A stretch of 64,000 nt of DNA from Proteromonas lacertae (Eukaryota). Positions 1 to 12,416 of this stretch are shown here, one piece after another (the first letter of the stretch is position 1; the number at the start of each line of letters is the position of its first letter). Location: assembly GCA_002245135.1 (NCBI GenBank), contig NGBS01000882.1:1-64000 (forward strand), given 5' to 3'. Under the pieces are notes generated by a model that did no database searches, had not been told where the DNA came from, and saw only the letters and a program-made list of their open reading frames with translations. The translations under genes and the position numbers were made by a program.

Positions 1-663
1 GGAATGAAAATGCTGAGAATTTAGAAAGATCAACAATAGAAGAATGGAAAAAACATATAAATCAATTAACAAAAGAAAATGAAGACTTGATGAAAAAGAA
101 TGACAATTTAGAGAATCAAGTTGCTGAGTTGATTAATAGAGTAGGAAAGGAAACTTCAATCCAACAACAACCAAAATACTTCATAGTAAAATGAATCCGA
201 TAATCGATCAACAACAGGAAATGATCAAAAGACTTCGAAAAGAGATTGAATTTTTAAAAGAAGAAAATGAAAAATTGAAAGAAACAAAACCAGAAATTGC
301 TTCTACTGTTCCTACTACACCTCTTCCAGTTACTGGCGATGTTGATTATGTGAAAAAGTTACAAAGATATCGAGAAGTCTTTCAAACATTCACTGGAAAT
401 TTCAGAGAAGCTGTTTCATCATTAACTGGGTATGATATTGAAATGAAAGACGATACTTATAAATTAATATCGATATATGCAGAGAATGAAGATGATTATA
501 TATTGTTTGTGAAGAAAGATGGTAATTATGAATTGCTAGAAAGTGACTTTATTCATTCACTTAATGATACATATTTGAGATATATTACTGATTTTAACTC
601 AATTCCTGCGTTTTTGAACGTGTGAATTTGCTTTTATTTAATAGTACTACTACTAAGAAATGA
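1..663 (+). pseudogene. MAD1: 3' part of the arm-1 MAD1 copy, with two 1-nt deletions (~150, ~619) relative to the intact copy; could be sequencing errors
   Basis: Same sequence as the 3' end of 44562-46420 except GGAAAGG vs GGAAAAGG and GAACGTG vs GAACAGTG. Confidence 0.75.
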
Positions 664-941
664 TTTATAGTTTATTTCTATAATTGTTGAATATTTTGTT
701 GGATTACATTTTATAAATCAAAATATTTACCTATCTAAATGATTTCCAACATTTCTATTCATCTTTTGCACTCTTTTCATTTTACAGCTCATCTACAAAT
801 AAGTAAGAAAGAGGTTATTAATGATATAATTATAGATAAATACTATTGTATTTATACATATTATGTTAACTTACTTTTACAATGTAGAGATATTACGTTT
901 TTCATTTTTTGGGGTTTCGAAAATTCTTCTTTTAATTCACA

Positions 942-2436
942 ATGTCTTCTGATATAGAGGAGGACGACGGAGATGAATATGAATATTCAGATGATGAGGA
1001 TGTTCCAGTTATAGAGTATCAATGAAATTAATAAAATATTATAGAATTCAGTCCAAACCTGTTTATACTTTTGTTGATGAAATGCAAGTTCTGTCTGATA
1101 TTAAAGATGTAGTTCAAAAGGTTTGCGATACATTGAGTTTAGATTATAATGAGTCCATGTCCTTAATCAGAGCATATAGATGGGATACAATTCGTGCTCA
1201 AGATATTTATTTATCCCAATTCGATCAAGTAAGGAAAGAGTTAGGTTTTGATAAAGGAAAGCCAGTGAAAGAGAAAAAGGTGTTCATATGTGTTTTGTTT
1301 GTTGTGATGAATATAGTGAAGATAATTTCTTTGCTCTTTGTTGTGGACATGAATATTGTGTTAATTGTTGGAAAACGCAATTAAACGTGTTAGTTAACAA
1401 AGGAATGTCTTGTATAAACAGTAAATGCTTTGAAGATAAATGTCCTCAACGAATTCCTGATGAAGTTTTTAAAAGATTTTTAGATAGTAATATGTGGGAT
1501 AGATATGAAAGATTAATGATAAAATCATTTGTAAATGACAATCCTGATTATAATTGGTGTGTAGGAAGAGATTGTCCATTAATATGTCAATTTCCAAGTG
1601 GAGGTTCATCAAATGTGATTTGTCCAAAATGTAAAACAACATTTTGTTTCAAATGTTTAGAAGAACCACATAGACCAGCAACTTGTGAAATGGTGAAAGC
1701 TTGGAATCAGAAAAGTATTGATGATGGTGAAAATGTAAAATGGTTAACAGCTAATACAAAACAATGTCCAAAATGTCATACAAATATAGAAAAAAATCAA
1801 GGTTGTAATCATATGACATGTAATAAAGCCGTAGGTGGATGTGGACATGAATTTTGTTGGTTATGTATGGGAGATTGGAGTAAACATGGTAGTAAAACTG
1901 GTGGATATTATGAATGTACGATTTATAAAGAATTGGAGAAGAAAGGAGCTTTAAGTAAGGAAGAACAAAAGAAGGAGAATTGTAAAGCAGAATTACAGAT
2001 ATACCAATATTATTTCGACAGATTTATAAACAATAAAAAATCAAAAGATTTTGGTGTTTCTTTAAAACCTCAGATAGAAAAACATATTGAATTATTAATA
2101 AACAGAGGACATAGTCGAGATGAAGTATCATTTTTAAGAGATGCTGTTGATCAAGTGATAGAAAATCGTCAAATATTAACTTGGAGTTATGTTTATGGAT
2201 ATTATTTACAAACTAAAGATGCTCAAAATAGACTATTCGATGAACATCGATCTATATTAAATGGTCTAACTGAAGAATTACATGAACAATTAGAAAAGAA
2301 ATTAGATCCATTTGTTTCATATAATCGTCCTTATGAAGAATTTCGTCAATTTCGATCTGATATGATGGGATATACAACTAGAACCAAACAATTTGTAAAG
2401 AATTTATTAGAATCAATTGACAGTTCAATACTATAA
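942..2436 (+). CDS. Ariadne-like RBR E3 ubiquitin ligase, arm-1 copy; intron 1016-1044; 1-nt frameshift near 1266 (error or disabling lesion)
   Basis: Acidic N-terminus, RING1-IBR-RING2 with GCNHMTC catalytic motif and Ariadne C-terminal domain; CCAGTGAAA here vs CCAGTTGAAA in arm 2. Confidence 0.85.
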
Positions 2437-2744
2437 TCATCATTTTAATATTATAATAATAATTATTATTGCATTTCTTTGTTGATATATAGGATATATT
2501 GTTTTATAATGGATAAATTGTATGTAGGTTGTTTTATCCTACTTTAGTAAAATTGGAAGAAACTTCAATACACTTAATGAATTTTATTTTTATTCATTCC
2601 AATATCTTCGTAATTCATCTATAATTTATTATAATTTTGCTGCTTTACACCAATCAAAAATATTTAATTCGAAAAATAATGATTTTTCATACCCCAACAA
2701 ATAAACCAATAAAATTCATATTTTCAGCGTGTTTAATCAGCATT

Positions 2745-5700
2745 ATGAATATGTCTGTATTATCGTTGCTGTTTTGTGTATTTAGTATAGTACTAGTTTT
2801 TTTAATGCTGTATAGTTGTTGTTGCAACAAGTCATACTCAATTTACTTACAAAAACAGTGATTCAACCTATTTTGTTGGTTCAAAAATCCAAGATAACCG
2901 TCCAGTCACTCATGTATATGGTGAATATTCGATAACTGGTGAATTATGTGAAGGATTGGTTTTTAATCCAAAATCAGGAGTGATTTCAGGAAGACCTAGT
3001 AGTATTTGCAAAACAAGAGAACATAGAGTAATACTGAAATCTGCTTCTGGTGAAGTTTTAGAAAGTAGAATAACAATTTCAGGTATTTTTCATTTTATTA
3101 TGTTTTATATAGTTCGATCAGCACCTACTTATTTCCATTATGGAAGTAGCAAGTGGAAGTCACTACCTTACAATCCTTTTTCATTAGAACCAAGAATTGA
3201 TGGAGATGTTGATTCGTATATTTATTATTTGTTATGCAGTAATAGATATGAATTAGAAACATCAGTATCAACGAAAATAACTGTTGATACAGCATCAGGT
3301 GTAATGAGTGTTCCTCATGATGCATATGATGCAAGCTCAACACCATTTACGTATTATTATTTCTAATACTATGTTTTAAAATAGAATTACAGTTCATGCA
3401 ATTATTGGAGGAGAAAAAATACTTTCCACATCAATAGAAATTACTGGAGATGAAGAAAAAGATAATTTTGTTCCTGGTAAAGGAATTCAATTTACAACAA
3501 TTGATTTTACACTTGTGAAAGGTCAAGAAGATGAAATTCCATTTACTACACTCTCTTCTAGATCATATTATTCATGTTCTGTAGATCCACCACTTCCATC
3601 CGGCTTAGAAATATCTTCATTCGAAAATAGGATAAAAGGTACAGCTACTGAAATACAAGAAGCAAAAGAATATAAAGTTGTGTGTGATGATTTAAACTCT
3701 TTATCAAATGTTGAAACTATTACTATAGCTGTTAAAGATGATACAGTGTTAATTCCAGGAATTGGTGCTTATTATATGAAAATGACAACTCCAAGTGAAT
3801 ATTGTGATAATGTATATGAACCAGGTGATAGTAATGTAAATTTAAGAGTTCAAAGAATTGATTCTGTAATTGATTATAAAGAAGGTGATGGTGTATGGGA
3901 AGGATTAGGTTCAGAAATGACAGTTCCATTTGCAGTAAAATGGACTGGATTTTTAAATATTACAAATGCAGGTAATTATTTCATGATATCTCAATCAAAT
4001 GATGCGTATAGTTTTAGCATTCCTGATGTTTGTAATCTGGGAATTGGTAGATGTGGAGAATATACAACAGGATTCAGATGTACATTTAAATCACCTGGTC
4101 TATATCAATTCACATACAAAGTTGCATTTCATAAAAATGATCCAAATATAAAGATGGATATGTGTTATGGTGAGTCTGCTGATAATTGTGAATCTCAAAA
4201 TATTGGTTCTTATTCATTAATTAGTATATTTATTATTATATTATTGTTATTTAAATAGCTCCTTATAGTAAAGTTCAATATAGATACATATCAGCAATTT
4301 ATACAAAAAGTGAACCAATTTCAGCAAATAATGTAATTTACAAACCAGAAGGAGTGATAAAACAAATAACCAAAGATAGAGATTTACCAGTTGGTTTAGA
4401 TATAACACCTGAAGGAACAATATATGGAACTCCAACTGGAGAAGATCAACAATCATCTCCCTATAAAATCACATTTGAATATGAAAATGGTAAAAAATAT
4501 GAAACAACAATAAATATCGAAATTCAAAGTGAAAAACCACCAAGTGAATTTTATTTATATGATCTTATTGAAGGTAAAAATGCAGGAAATAATGTATCTG
4601 TAGCTAAAGAAGATGGATTAAACCACGAGATATTAGCTGGTGTTGGAAATGTAATATCCTATGAAATAACCAGTAAATTACCAGAAGGTATTGAAATAAC
4701 AACTCCAGGAAGTAAAACAATAATAATTGGAAAACCTACAACTGATATAGACTCATTTGAGTATTATTCATTTTGTTTTTATATTTATATAAAATATAGA
4801 TTAACATTTATTGCTAAAGGAGTTGGATCAATTCAAAGTAGTGGTTCAATATCTATTCACTTCACTTCCAAATGTGAAGGTAATAAGAAATATATATCAA
4901 TCACTGCGAAAGGTGGGTATAATGGAAAATTAACTCTTGAAATAAGAGATATGAATAATGTTGTTGTAAAAGAATGGATAGCTAAAGTTGGTGATATATC
5001 TAATGGTTATTATGATGAAACATTTGCATGTTTGAATGAAGAGAGTTATCGATTTGTCGCTACAGATATTAGAGCAGAAATTACATTAAATGTTTTATAT
5101 GGTTCTGTAGTTATTTTATCAGATAAGTATAAACCTTCAGTACCATTAGATAGGACATTGTCATTATGTATTTTTTTGTTTATTCTATTGCTTTATAGAT
5201 TTTGGAATTCCAAGTTTTAATTATGGAAATGATACTATTGTAATAATGAAAGAAAAAGTGAATAATTTACTTCCAATTACTAAAGGAATAATTGATAATT
5301 ATACATTAGTAACTGGAGATCTTCCAAAAGATTTAACATTTAATACAAAAACTGGAGCAATTACAGGATTAATTACTAATACATTCGAAACTATGTATAA
5401 TCATTTATATATAATACTTGAATAGAATAACTGTATATGCAATCGGTCCATATGGAAAAGCTAATTGCACATTCACATTGATTGGTACAGAAAACACAGA
5501 AGAAGAAGATTGTGAAAAAGCAGGTGATGTGTTTTTAAGAATATTTTACAATATTACACAAGCATATATTTCAGATAGTATTGATGTGAAAATATTAATA
5601 GATGATAAAACTATATACAGTATATCAAGTGAAATGTTTAAAGCAGGTGTTAAAATTGATAAAATATGTGCAAAAGAAGGATTGTATACATTTAAATTTG

Positions 5701-8694
5701 ATGGAGGATATGGATGGGGTTCTAATACAGTGTCAATAACGATGTATGATACAATTATCATTCCAAATGTTAAATTAACTGCTTTTGCTTCACAAACTAT
5801 CACACAGTTTTGTATTTATTAATATATATTCTTATATTGAATAGTGAAATATACAATTGATTTAGCTGTTGAATGGAATTATAATGACAAATATGTAAAA
5901 GATTGGAATCTTCCTTCATTCTCTCAACCATGGAAATCTTCACTGATATCAAATTTACCTCAATCAACAACCAAAGCAATTTATTTAAGAAAACTAATGA
6001 CTTTATCATCAAGATCTGAAGAATCTACATTTATAATGAGATTGAATTATTATTCAGGAATAGTGGTATATATTAATGGAAAAGAGTATTTAAGAAGAAA
6101 TGTTAGAGTAGGTGAATTAAATGAGAATGATGAAGCAACTGGAATAGAAAGAGAATTGACAATAGTAAGATTTATATTACCAACTGAAATATTATTATCA
6201 ACAGCAAATGTAATAGCAGTAGAATTACATAGACATTCATCAGAAACTTCATTACCTCAATTGAAATTCTTTGTAATGCCATTAGGAGGTGATGAAAATG
6301 GATGTACAGCAATCAATCCGTATGGTGGAAGAGTAATATCTGCAAATCCTCCTGGATCAAGAAACCCAGCTGATAATGCATTTGTGTATGAAGGAACATC
6401 ATCTTGGTCTGACAAAAGACCATCAGATTTTCCAGAAAATCCAATTTATGCTGAAATAGAATTTAATGACAATAATTATTATTATTTCAATAATTTTATA
6501 GTAAAATTAGGAAGTGGTATGGAGAAAGGAGCTCCAAAGCATATAGAATTAACAGGAGAATTAGAAAATGGAACATGGATAACATTAATGGAAGAAAATG
6601 ATACAAAAATAACTTCATCAAATAAAAATTATCAATCATCATTCTATGATAAAGCTGATGTATTTCATCATTTGAAAATCTTAGTTCATCATTTAAATGA
6701 TGATACTTATTCAACATTCAATGTTCAAACCTTAGGCTTTCTTTCATGTCCATTAACATATTGTGAATCTCAAGTATATGGAAATACATCCTTTGAAAAA
6801 TCGCCAAATGGTAGAACTGTAAATCAACAATGTAAATATCCAACAGATAAAGAAAAATCATTTATATGTGATAGAGGAACTTGGAGACAATTAACAAATG
6901 AATGTGAAGAACTACCAGTAATAATATCAAAGCAAGAAAAATGTGAAGTTCAATTAGGGGTAGAAATCAATATTCAAATTGTGAATGTAATAGGAAATAT
7001 AATATCTTATAGAATGATAAATGCTCCTCCTGGTTTATATATAAATGAAACAACAGGTTATTTGACGGGAAAAGTAACAGAAGGTAGAAGAGAAAGATTA
7101 TTATCAACAACTGAAGTAACAATAATCATTGAAGCAACTGGAGGAACAACAGAAACAACAATCTCAATTGAAACAGTTCTTGCTCCTCATCCAGTAATTT
7201 CTTCTTATAATAAAACAATCACTTTAACCTCTGGAGTAAAATATGAAAGATTAGAATTCTGTAAAGTATTTGGTGAAAATTTGAAATATTATGTAAGTGA
7301 AGAATCAATTAGTTTACCTTCTGGATTAAATATCGATGGAAGTGAAGGATTTTTATATGGAACTGTATTTGGTGAAAGTAAAGAATCTTATCGATTTGTA
7401 GTAACAGATAAAGATGAAAAAGAACCCTATTATATGGATGTAGAAATAATTGTAATAGTTGGTGATGATCCAATATTATTATCTTCATTTGATAATATCA
7501 CATTCTATTATGAAGTAGAAAATGAGATAGAATTCATGGAAGTGACTGGAAAGAATCTTGAATATACAACGAGTGACACATTACCAAATGGTTTAGTTCT
7601 TGATAGAACAAGTGGAAAAATGAAAGGTAAAATAGTTTATACTTCTGATTCAAAAGACCAAAATATTCCAATTCAAATCAATATAAGATCAACAACAGGA
7701 AATAAACCAATAACAGTTCCAATAACTATCATAATAACTCTTCCTCCATATCCAGTTGTAATGAGTAAAGTAGATAAAGTAATAATAAAAATCAAAGAAC
7801 CAGTAAATGAGAAATTATACAGTGTAGTAGGAAAAGACTTAATATTTGAAAGTTCAAGTATATATATTCTTTATATTTATATATATGATAGAACAAATAC
7901 CTGGTTTAGTGTTTAAATTAGAAAATGAAGGAAGTGTGAGTGGAACAGTATATGAATCTGTATTAAACCAAACAATTACATTTTCAATCAGATCAAATTC
8001 AACATCTGTAAATGCAGCTACATTAATAGAAATCGAATTTATATTCTTAATGAATAATAAACCAATAATTAAGTCCATAATAGATCCAAGAGTGAGTTTA
8101 ATAATGAATGTAGAAATCTCAACTCCAATTGCATTAGTGATAGTAAAAGGAGATAATTTAGTATATTCAATAACACCTGATTTACCAAGAGGTTTAAAAT
8201 TTGATAGTACAAGAGGAATGGTAAGTGGTGAACCAAATGAATTAAGTGAGATGAAAAACTATACATTAACAGTATCTAACAACTATGGTGAAGATAAGAC
8301 ATTTATAGAGTTAGAGATAATAACATTATATTGTGAAAAAGATGGAAGATGGCCAAGATCTGAAATTGGTAGAGTGACGATGAAATGTGATGGTGAAGGA
8401 GTGATATATCGAGATTGTTTGCTTAGAGGTAATAATGAAGTTGAATGGGGAATGGAAGTAAATACTTGTATAGAATCAAGTTCAAGTACAGGAGTAATAG
8501 TAGGAATAACATGTGGTGTTGTTGTGGTAGTAATAATAATAGCTGTTGGAATAGTGTTTTATGTTAGATTAAAAGTAGTTACAGCTTCTCATCATAAACC
8601 GAATGAGTTTAAAAATGCTCAGAAAAAGAAATTAGAAGAAAATGATGAAGAGGATAAAAGTAAAAAGAATGATGAAAATGGTATAAGAGTTTAG
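2745..8694 (+). CDS. Surface protein A: ~1873-aa type I membrane protein (signal peptide, many putative-Ig/He_PIG repeats, PA14-like, galactose-binding-like, F5/8C-like, two Cys/Trp hormone-receptor-like modules, TM, charged tail). Inferred introns 2785-2815, 3083-3112, 3216-3245, 3351-3384, 4224-4258, 4761-4799, 5168-5198, 5395-5425, 5812-5844, 7858-7891
   Basis: Removing ten 30-39 nt GTAT..TAG introns joins the ORF fragments into one 5622-nt frame. Repeated LPxGLxxDxxTGxIxGxP motifs; KWTGFLNITNAGNY; TM VIVGITCGVVVVVIIIAVGIVFYV. Three of the introns are in-frame and less certain. Confidence 0.85.
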
Positions 8695-8791
8695 ATGTGT
8701 TAATGATAAATTATTATTGGATTTTTATGTTTTAATAACTATTATTTGTTTTTGTTTTTTATATTATACTAACTATGATAAGTATTAAATA

Positions 8792-9002
8792 AACATCGAT
8801 CTATATTAAATGGTCTAACTGAAGAATTACAATATCAGTTGGAGAATAAATTAGATCCATTCACTTCCTATAATCGTCCTTATGAAGAATTTCGTCAATT
8901 TCGATCTGATATGATGGGATATACAACTAGAACCAAACAATTTGTAAAGAATTTATTAGAATCAATTGACAGTTCAATACTATAATCATCATTTTAATAT
9001 TA
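8792..9002 (+). repeat. 211-bp direct copy of the Ariadne 3' end (2243-2453), including stop codon and start of the 3' UTR
   Basis: Identical to 2243-2453 at offset 6549 except 11 substitutions confined to 8832-8868. Confidence 0.95.
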
Positions 9003-9091
9003 AAATATTGTTATTATGTTTATTTTAAAAGAAAACAAAAACAACAAAGTTCATATCAGAGAATGAATAATCGAAATGAAATGAAATTCAT

Positions 9092-11738
9092 TTATTCACT
9101 TTCAGCTGCTAATCCTTTCTCTTCTTTTGGAGCTGCAGCTGTGGCTTTCTCTGGAGCTGGTTCACCACCAGCTGCTGCTTTCTCTCTAGCTTCCATTGCA
9201 GCTTTAGCTGCTTGTGCTTGAGCTGTTCTCATTCCTCTTCTAGTAGCTCTCTTCTTGGCAGAACTAGCACGAGCATATACACAGAATCCAATCAATAATA
9301 AGAAGATTACACCAGCTATTGAAGCAACTACTATAACTGCTGTTGAGGTTTTCTTACTCACTATTTCTTCTGCTGAACAATTATCTTCTAAAGTCTCCCA
9401 ATGAGGATTCATACCAGATGTACATCTTCTTGTCATTGTTCTTGTTGATCCTGTACATTGAATTGTTACTGTTTTACCTTGTTCAGTTGCTGGCCATGAA
9501 CCATCAGTCATACATCTAACTGTATCTACACGAATGTGAATATTTCCATATAATTCATCAGAAACTGGATTTTTAACTGTTACTCTGAATGTGGTTAAAG
9601 CCATTTCTGCTTTGGGAATTCCTGTTATTTCACCAGTTGATGTATTGAATTTCAATCCTGGAACTGTTGTTTCAAGAGATGGAGTTATTGCATATTCTAA
9701 TTCAGCACCATATACACTAAATGTTGGAACTAATCCAGCCACATCAAAATCTTTATATACTGTTGAAGTTCCATTACTAATAACGAAATCTTTAATCATC
9801 TTTAATGAACAAACAAGTGAGAATACTGGTTCTTGTCCCCATGTTGGACTTCCACCTAAATCATTACACATTCTAGTTTGTTTACCACTATAACCTTCTG
9901 GACATTCTCTTACACATTCACTTCCAGCTACTGTTGCAGTCCATTCTCCTTGTGGAGCACATAATTTATTGTTACAAGCATCAAATGTCACTTCCATCAA
10001 TTCTAAACCAGCCAAATCAGCAGAATCTGGTTTACATGGTGCTAAACCAGGAATACCAGTTGTTGTGAAGTTGATTAATACACCATCAAATGATTCAGAA
10101 ACACCATAAATGTAGAATTCTCTTGTTACTTGTTTTGCTTGCCAGTTTGTTTCATCATTTAGATTATCTGGATCTCTGAAGATAATTTGATCTTGCGAAT
10201 CTAATAATTTCCATGTTTTACCACCATCTGTTGTTGCATATACATCCCATGAGAATGGAACTCTGTATGGATATATACCAGCATATAACATATTACCAGT
10301 TGTTAAAGTATATTTGTTGAAGAATTCTGATCTTCCATTTGGCCACATGAATGTAATTTCTACTGGATTACAACCACTTCTTACATAACCTTTTGTATTC
10401 TTATTACCATCAACCCAGTTAGTTAATGGTTCACTTGGATAAACAAATTCAGCTCCAAAGTTGTTTGTTACTTCCATACTTCTTACACTTCTTCTGTTAC
10501 AATCAGCAACTATATAATTGAAGAAAGCAGCAAATGGATTGATATTTACACTATTTCTGTGTTTATGAACTTCTGCAGCAATATAATTCACACCATTTTG
10601 TAATATATCAGCTGAAGCACCAGTTCTTCTTAACATTATATTACTTCCTGTGTATATTTCTGTGGCATAAGTATTAGCTTGTTGATTTGCTGGAACATTT
10701 CTTCTGTAGAATTCTTTGTTGTTTAAGTAAGCAACAATACCAGCATCATATTTAAAACCAGCTTCAAAAGCAGCTATCTTTCTAATATCAAAATCATCAG
10801 GAATTGTGAATGTTGTTCTATAATAAGTTGTATAAACTCTATCACCTCTATCTGGATAACTTCCTGGAATATAAGATTCCCATTCACCTGGTTTGAAGTT
10901 ATTATACCAATTTCTATTATTAGTTGTTGGACTATATTCCCATGCTGCATTTGGTGGACTTAGATAAGCAACATCAAATACTTGAGTTTTTACTTCATTA
11001 CCATTATAAATTATCTCACCATCAGCTAAAGAAATTGTCAAAGCATTTGAACCCCATCCTCCACTAAGACTTAAAGTGTAATTATCTGGATACATACAGA
11101 ATGATCTTTTTGTTGTTGTATATGGATAAATACCAAAATCCCAATTAACTATATAATCTTGTTTATCCTCTGGTGGTTCTAATCCTCTGAAAAAGTAACC
11201 ATAAGCAAACCAACCAGCACCATTAGATCCTGTTGAACTAGCAGCAATTTGAGCAGGGAATGATCCTTCTGGACATGGTTCTGTTTTGATTGTTAATTGA
11301 GTTGTTCCAGATCCTGCTTTATTTGTACATGTTACTGTGAATGTTAAACCATCTGGATTGTTATACATTGAATTACCAGTGATTGTTCCTGTTTTATTAT
11401 CAAATACTAATAAATCAGGAAGATTAACTGGATTAATTGAGCAGTAATCAGCTGCATAACTAATAATTGGTGATATAACAGCACCAATACCTCTTTGAAT
11501 AGTATAAACACCACCATCACCATCTGGATATTCGATTTGAGGTGATGAAGAAGAACCAATAGTAACTGAAAATTGAACTACAACATTTTCTGGAGCATCA
11601 TTTCCTTTCACTTTATCATTCAATATATATTTACCATATCTGTAAATACTTGTTCCTTCACCATAAACCCAATATTCACCTGGAACTGAATATACATTTG
11701 GACCTAATGTAACTTGATAAAGACCATCATCAACACAT
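9092..11738 (-). pseudogene. 5'-truncated copy (3' half) of surface protein B; no ATG or signal peptide at the break, frame otherwise open
   Basis: Matches 33485-36131; an in-frame TAA lies just upstream of the junction, and the ORF-track start is a TTG. Confidence 0.85.
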
Positions 11739-12416
11739 CGGAATATTTGTGTTTATTAAACAGCAAATTTACAGTAATATAAAACAACTAGCCATCATAT
11801 ATATGTCAGATATTTTATGTATGATTAAAACATTCACTATCATGAAAATCTATTTAAATACTCCACTTATTGGCATCTACTAATTAAAAACAGTATAATA
11901 TACCAATATAACGTATACTGCTATTTTTAGACAGGAATGTGAGGAAAATTGATGAATTAATTCTTTAAATTGTATTTCATTATAATTCTTTATCAATTAT
12001 TATCAAGATGTGTATTTAAAGAATATCAATTATTATTTTCTGTGTTTATTGAGCATGCAGAGCTTTTATGAATGTAGTTTTCTTCATGTATTTAATACAA
12101 ATAATATATTCCTATATTTAAATATATATGTTTGTATATATCATTTCTTGATTTAATAAATGCTAGACACAGATATTGATTAATTGATATACTCTAATTC
12201 ATATTTATAACATCAATAAATAAAAATTGTGTTTGTTCAGTAAAAACTTTCACTAGTCTAATGAGCTGCAAATACCTATAAGAGTCTAAAAAATAAAAAG
12301 AAATATTAATTTCAAGCCAAAAGATTGTACTTTTATTGTTTTTTATTGATGAATCTCATCATTTTCTATGAAATAGAATATACAACAAAACTAATAAGCA
12401 CTAAATAATAAAAATT

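Larger units (their letters stand above)
1..11738. repeat. Left arm of a >=11.7-kb inverted duplication (open-ended at the window start)
   Basis: Reverse complement of 33485-45226; ORF track gives mirrored, near-identical proteins (coordinate sums 45222-45227). Identity breaks after CAACACAT at 11738. Confidence 0.97.

Noticed and set aside
739..957. 72-aa ORF between MAD1 and Ariadne
   Set aside because: No recognisable motif, and the frame differs in the arm-2 copy because of an indel at ~810.
2637..2861. 74-aa ORF (and mirror 42361-42585)
   Set aside because: TTG start; it is the first exon of gene A read through intron 1.
11750..12300. Possible relic gene or missing dynein C-terminal exons
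   Set aside because: No sustained frame or motif recognised on either strand.
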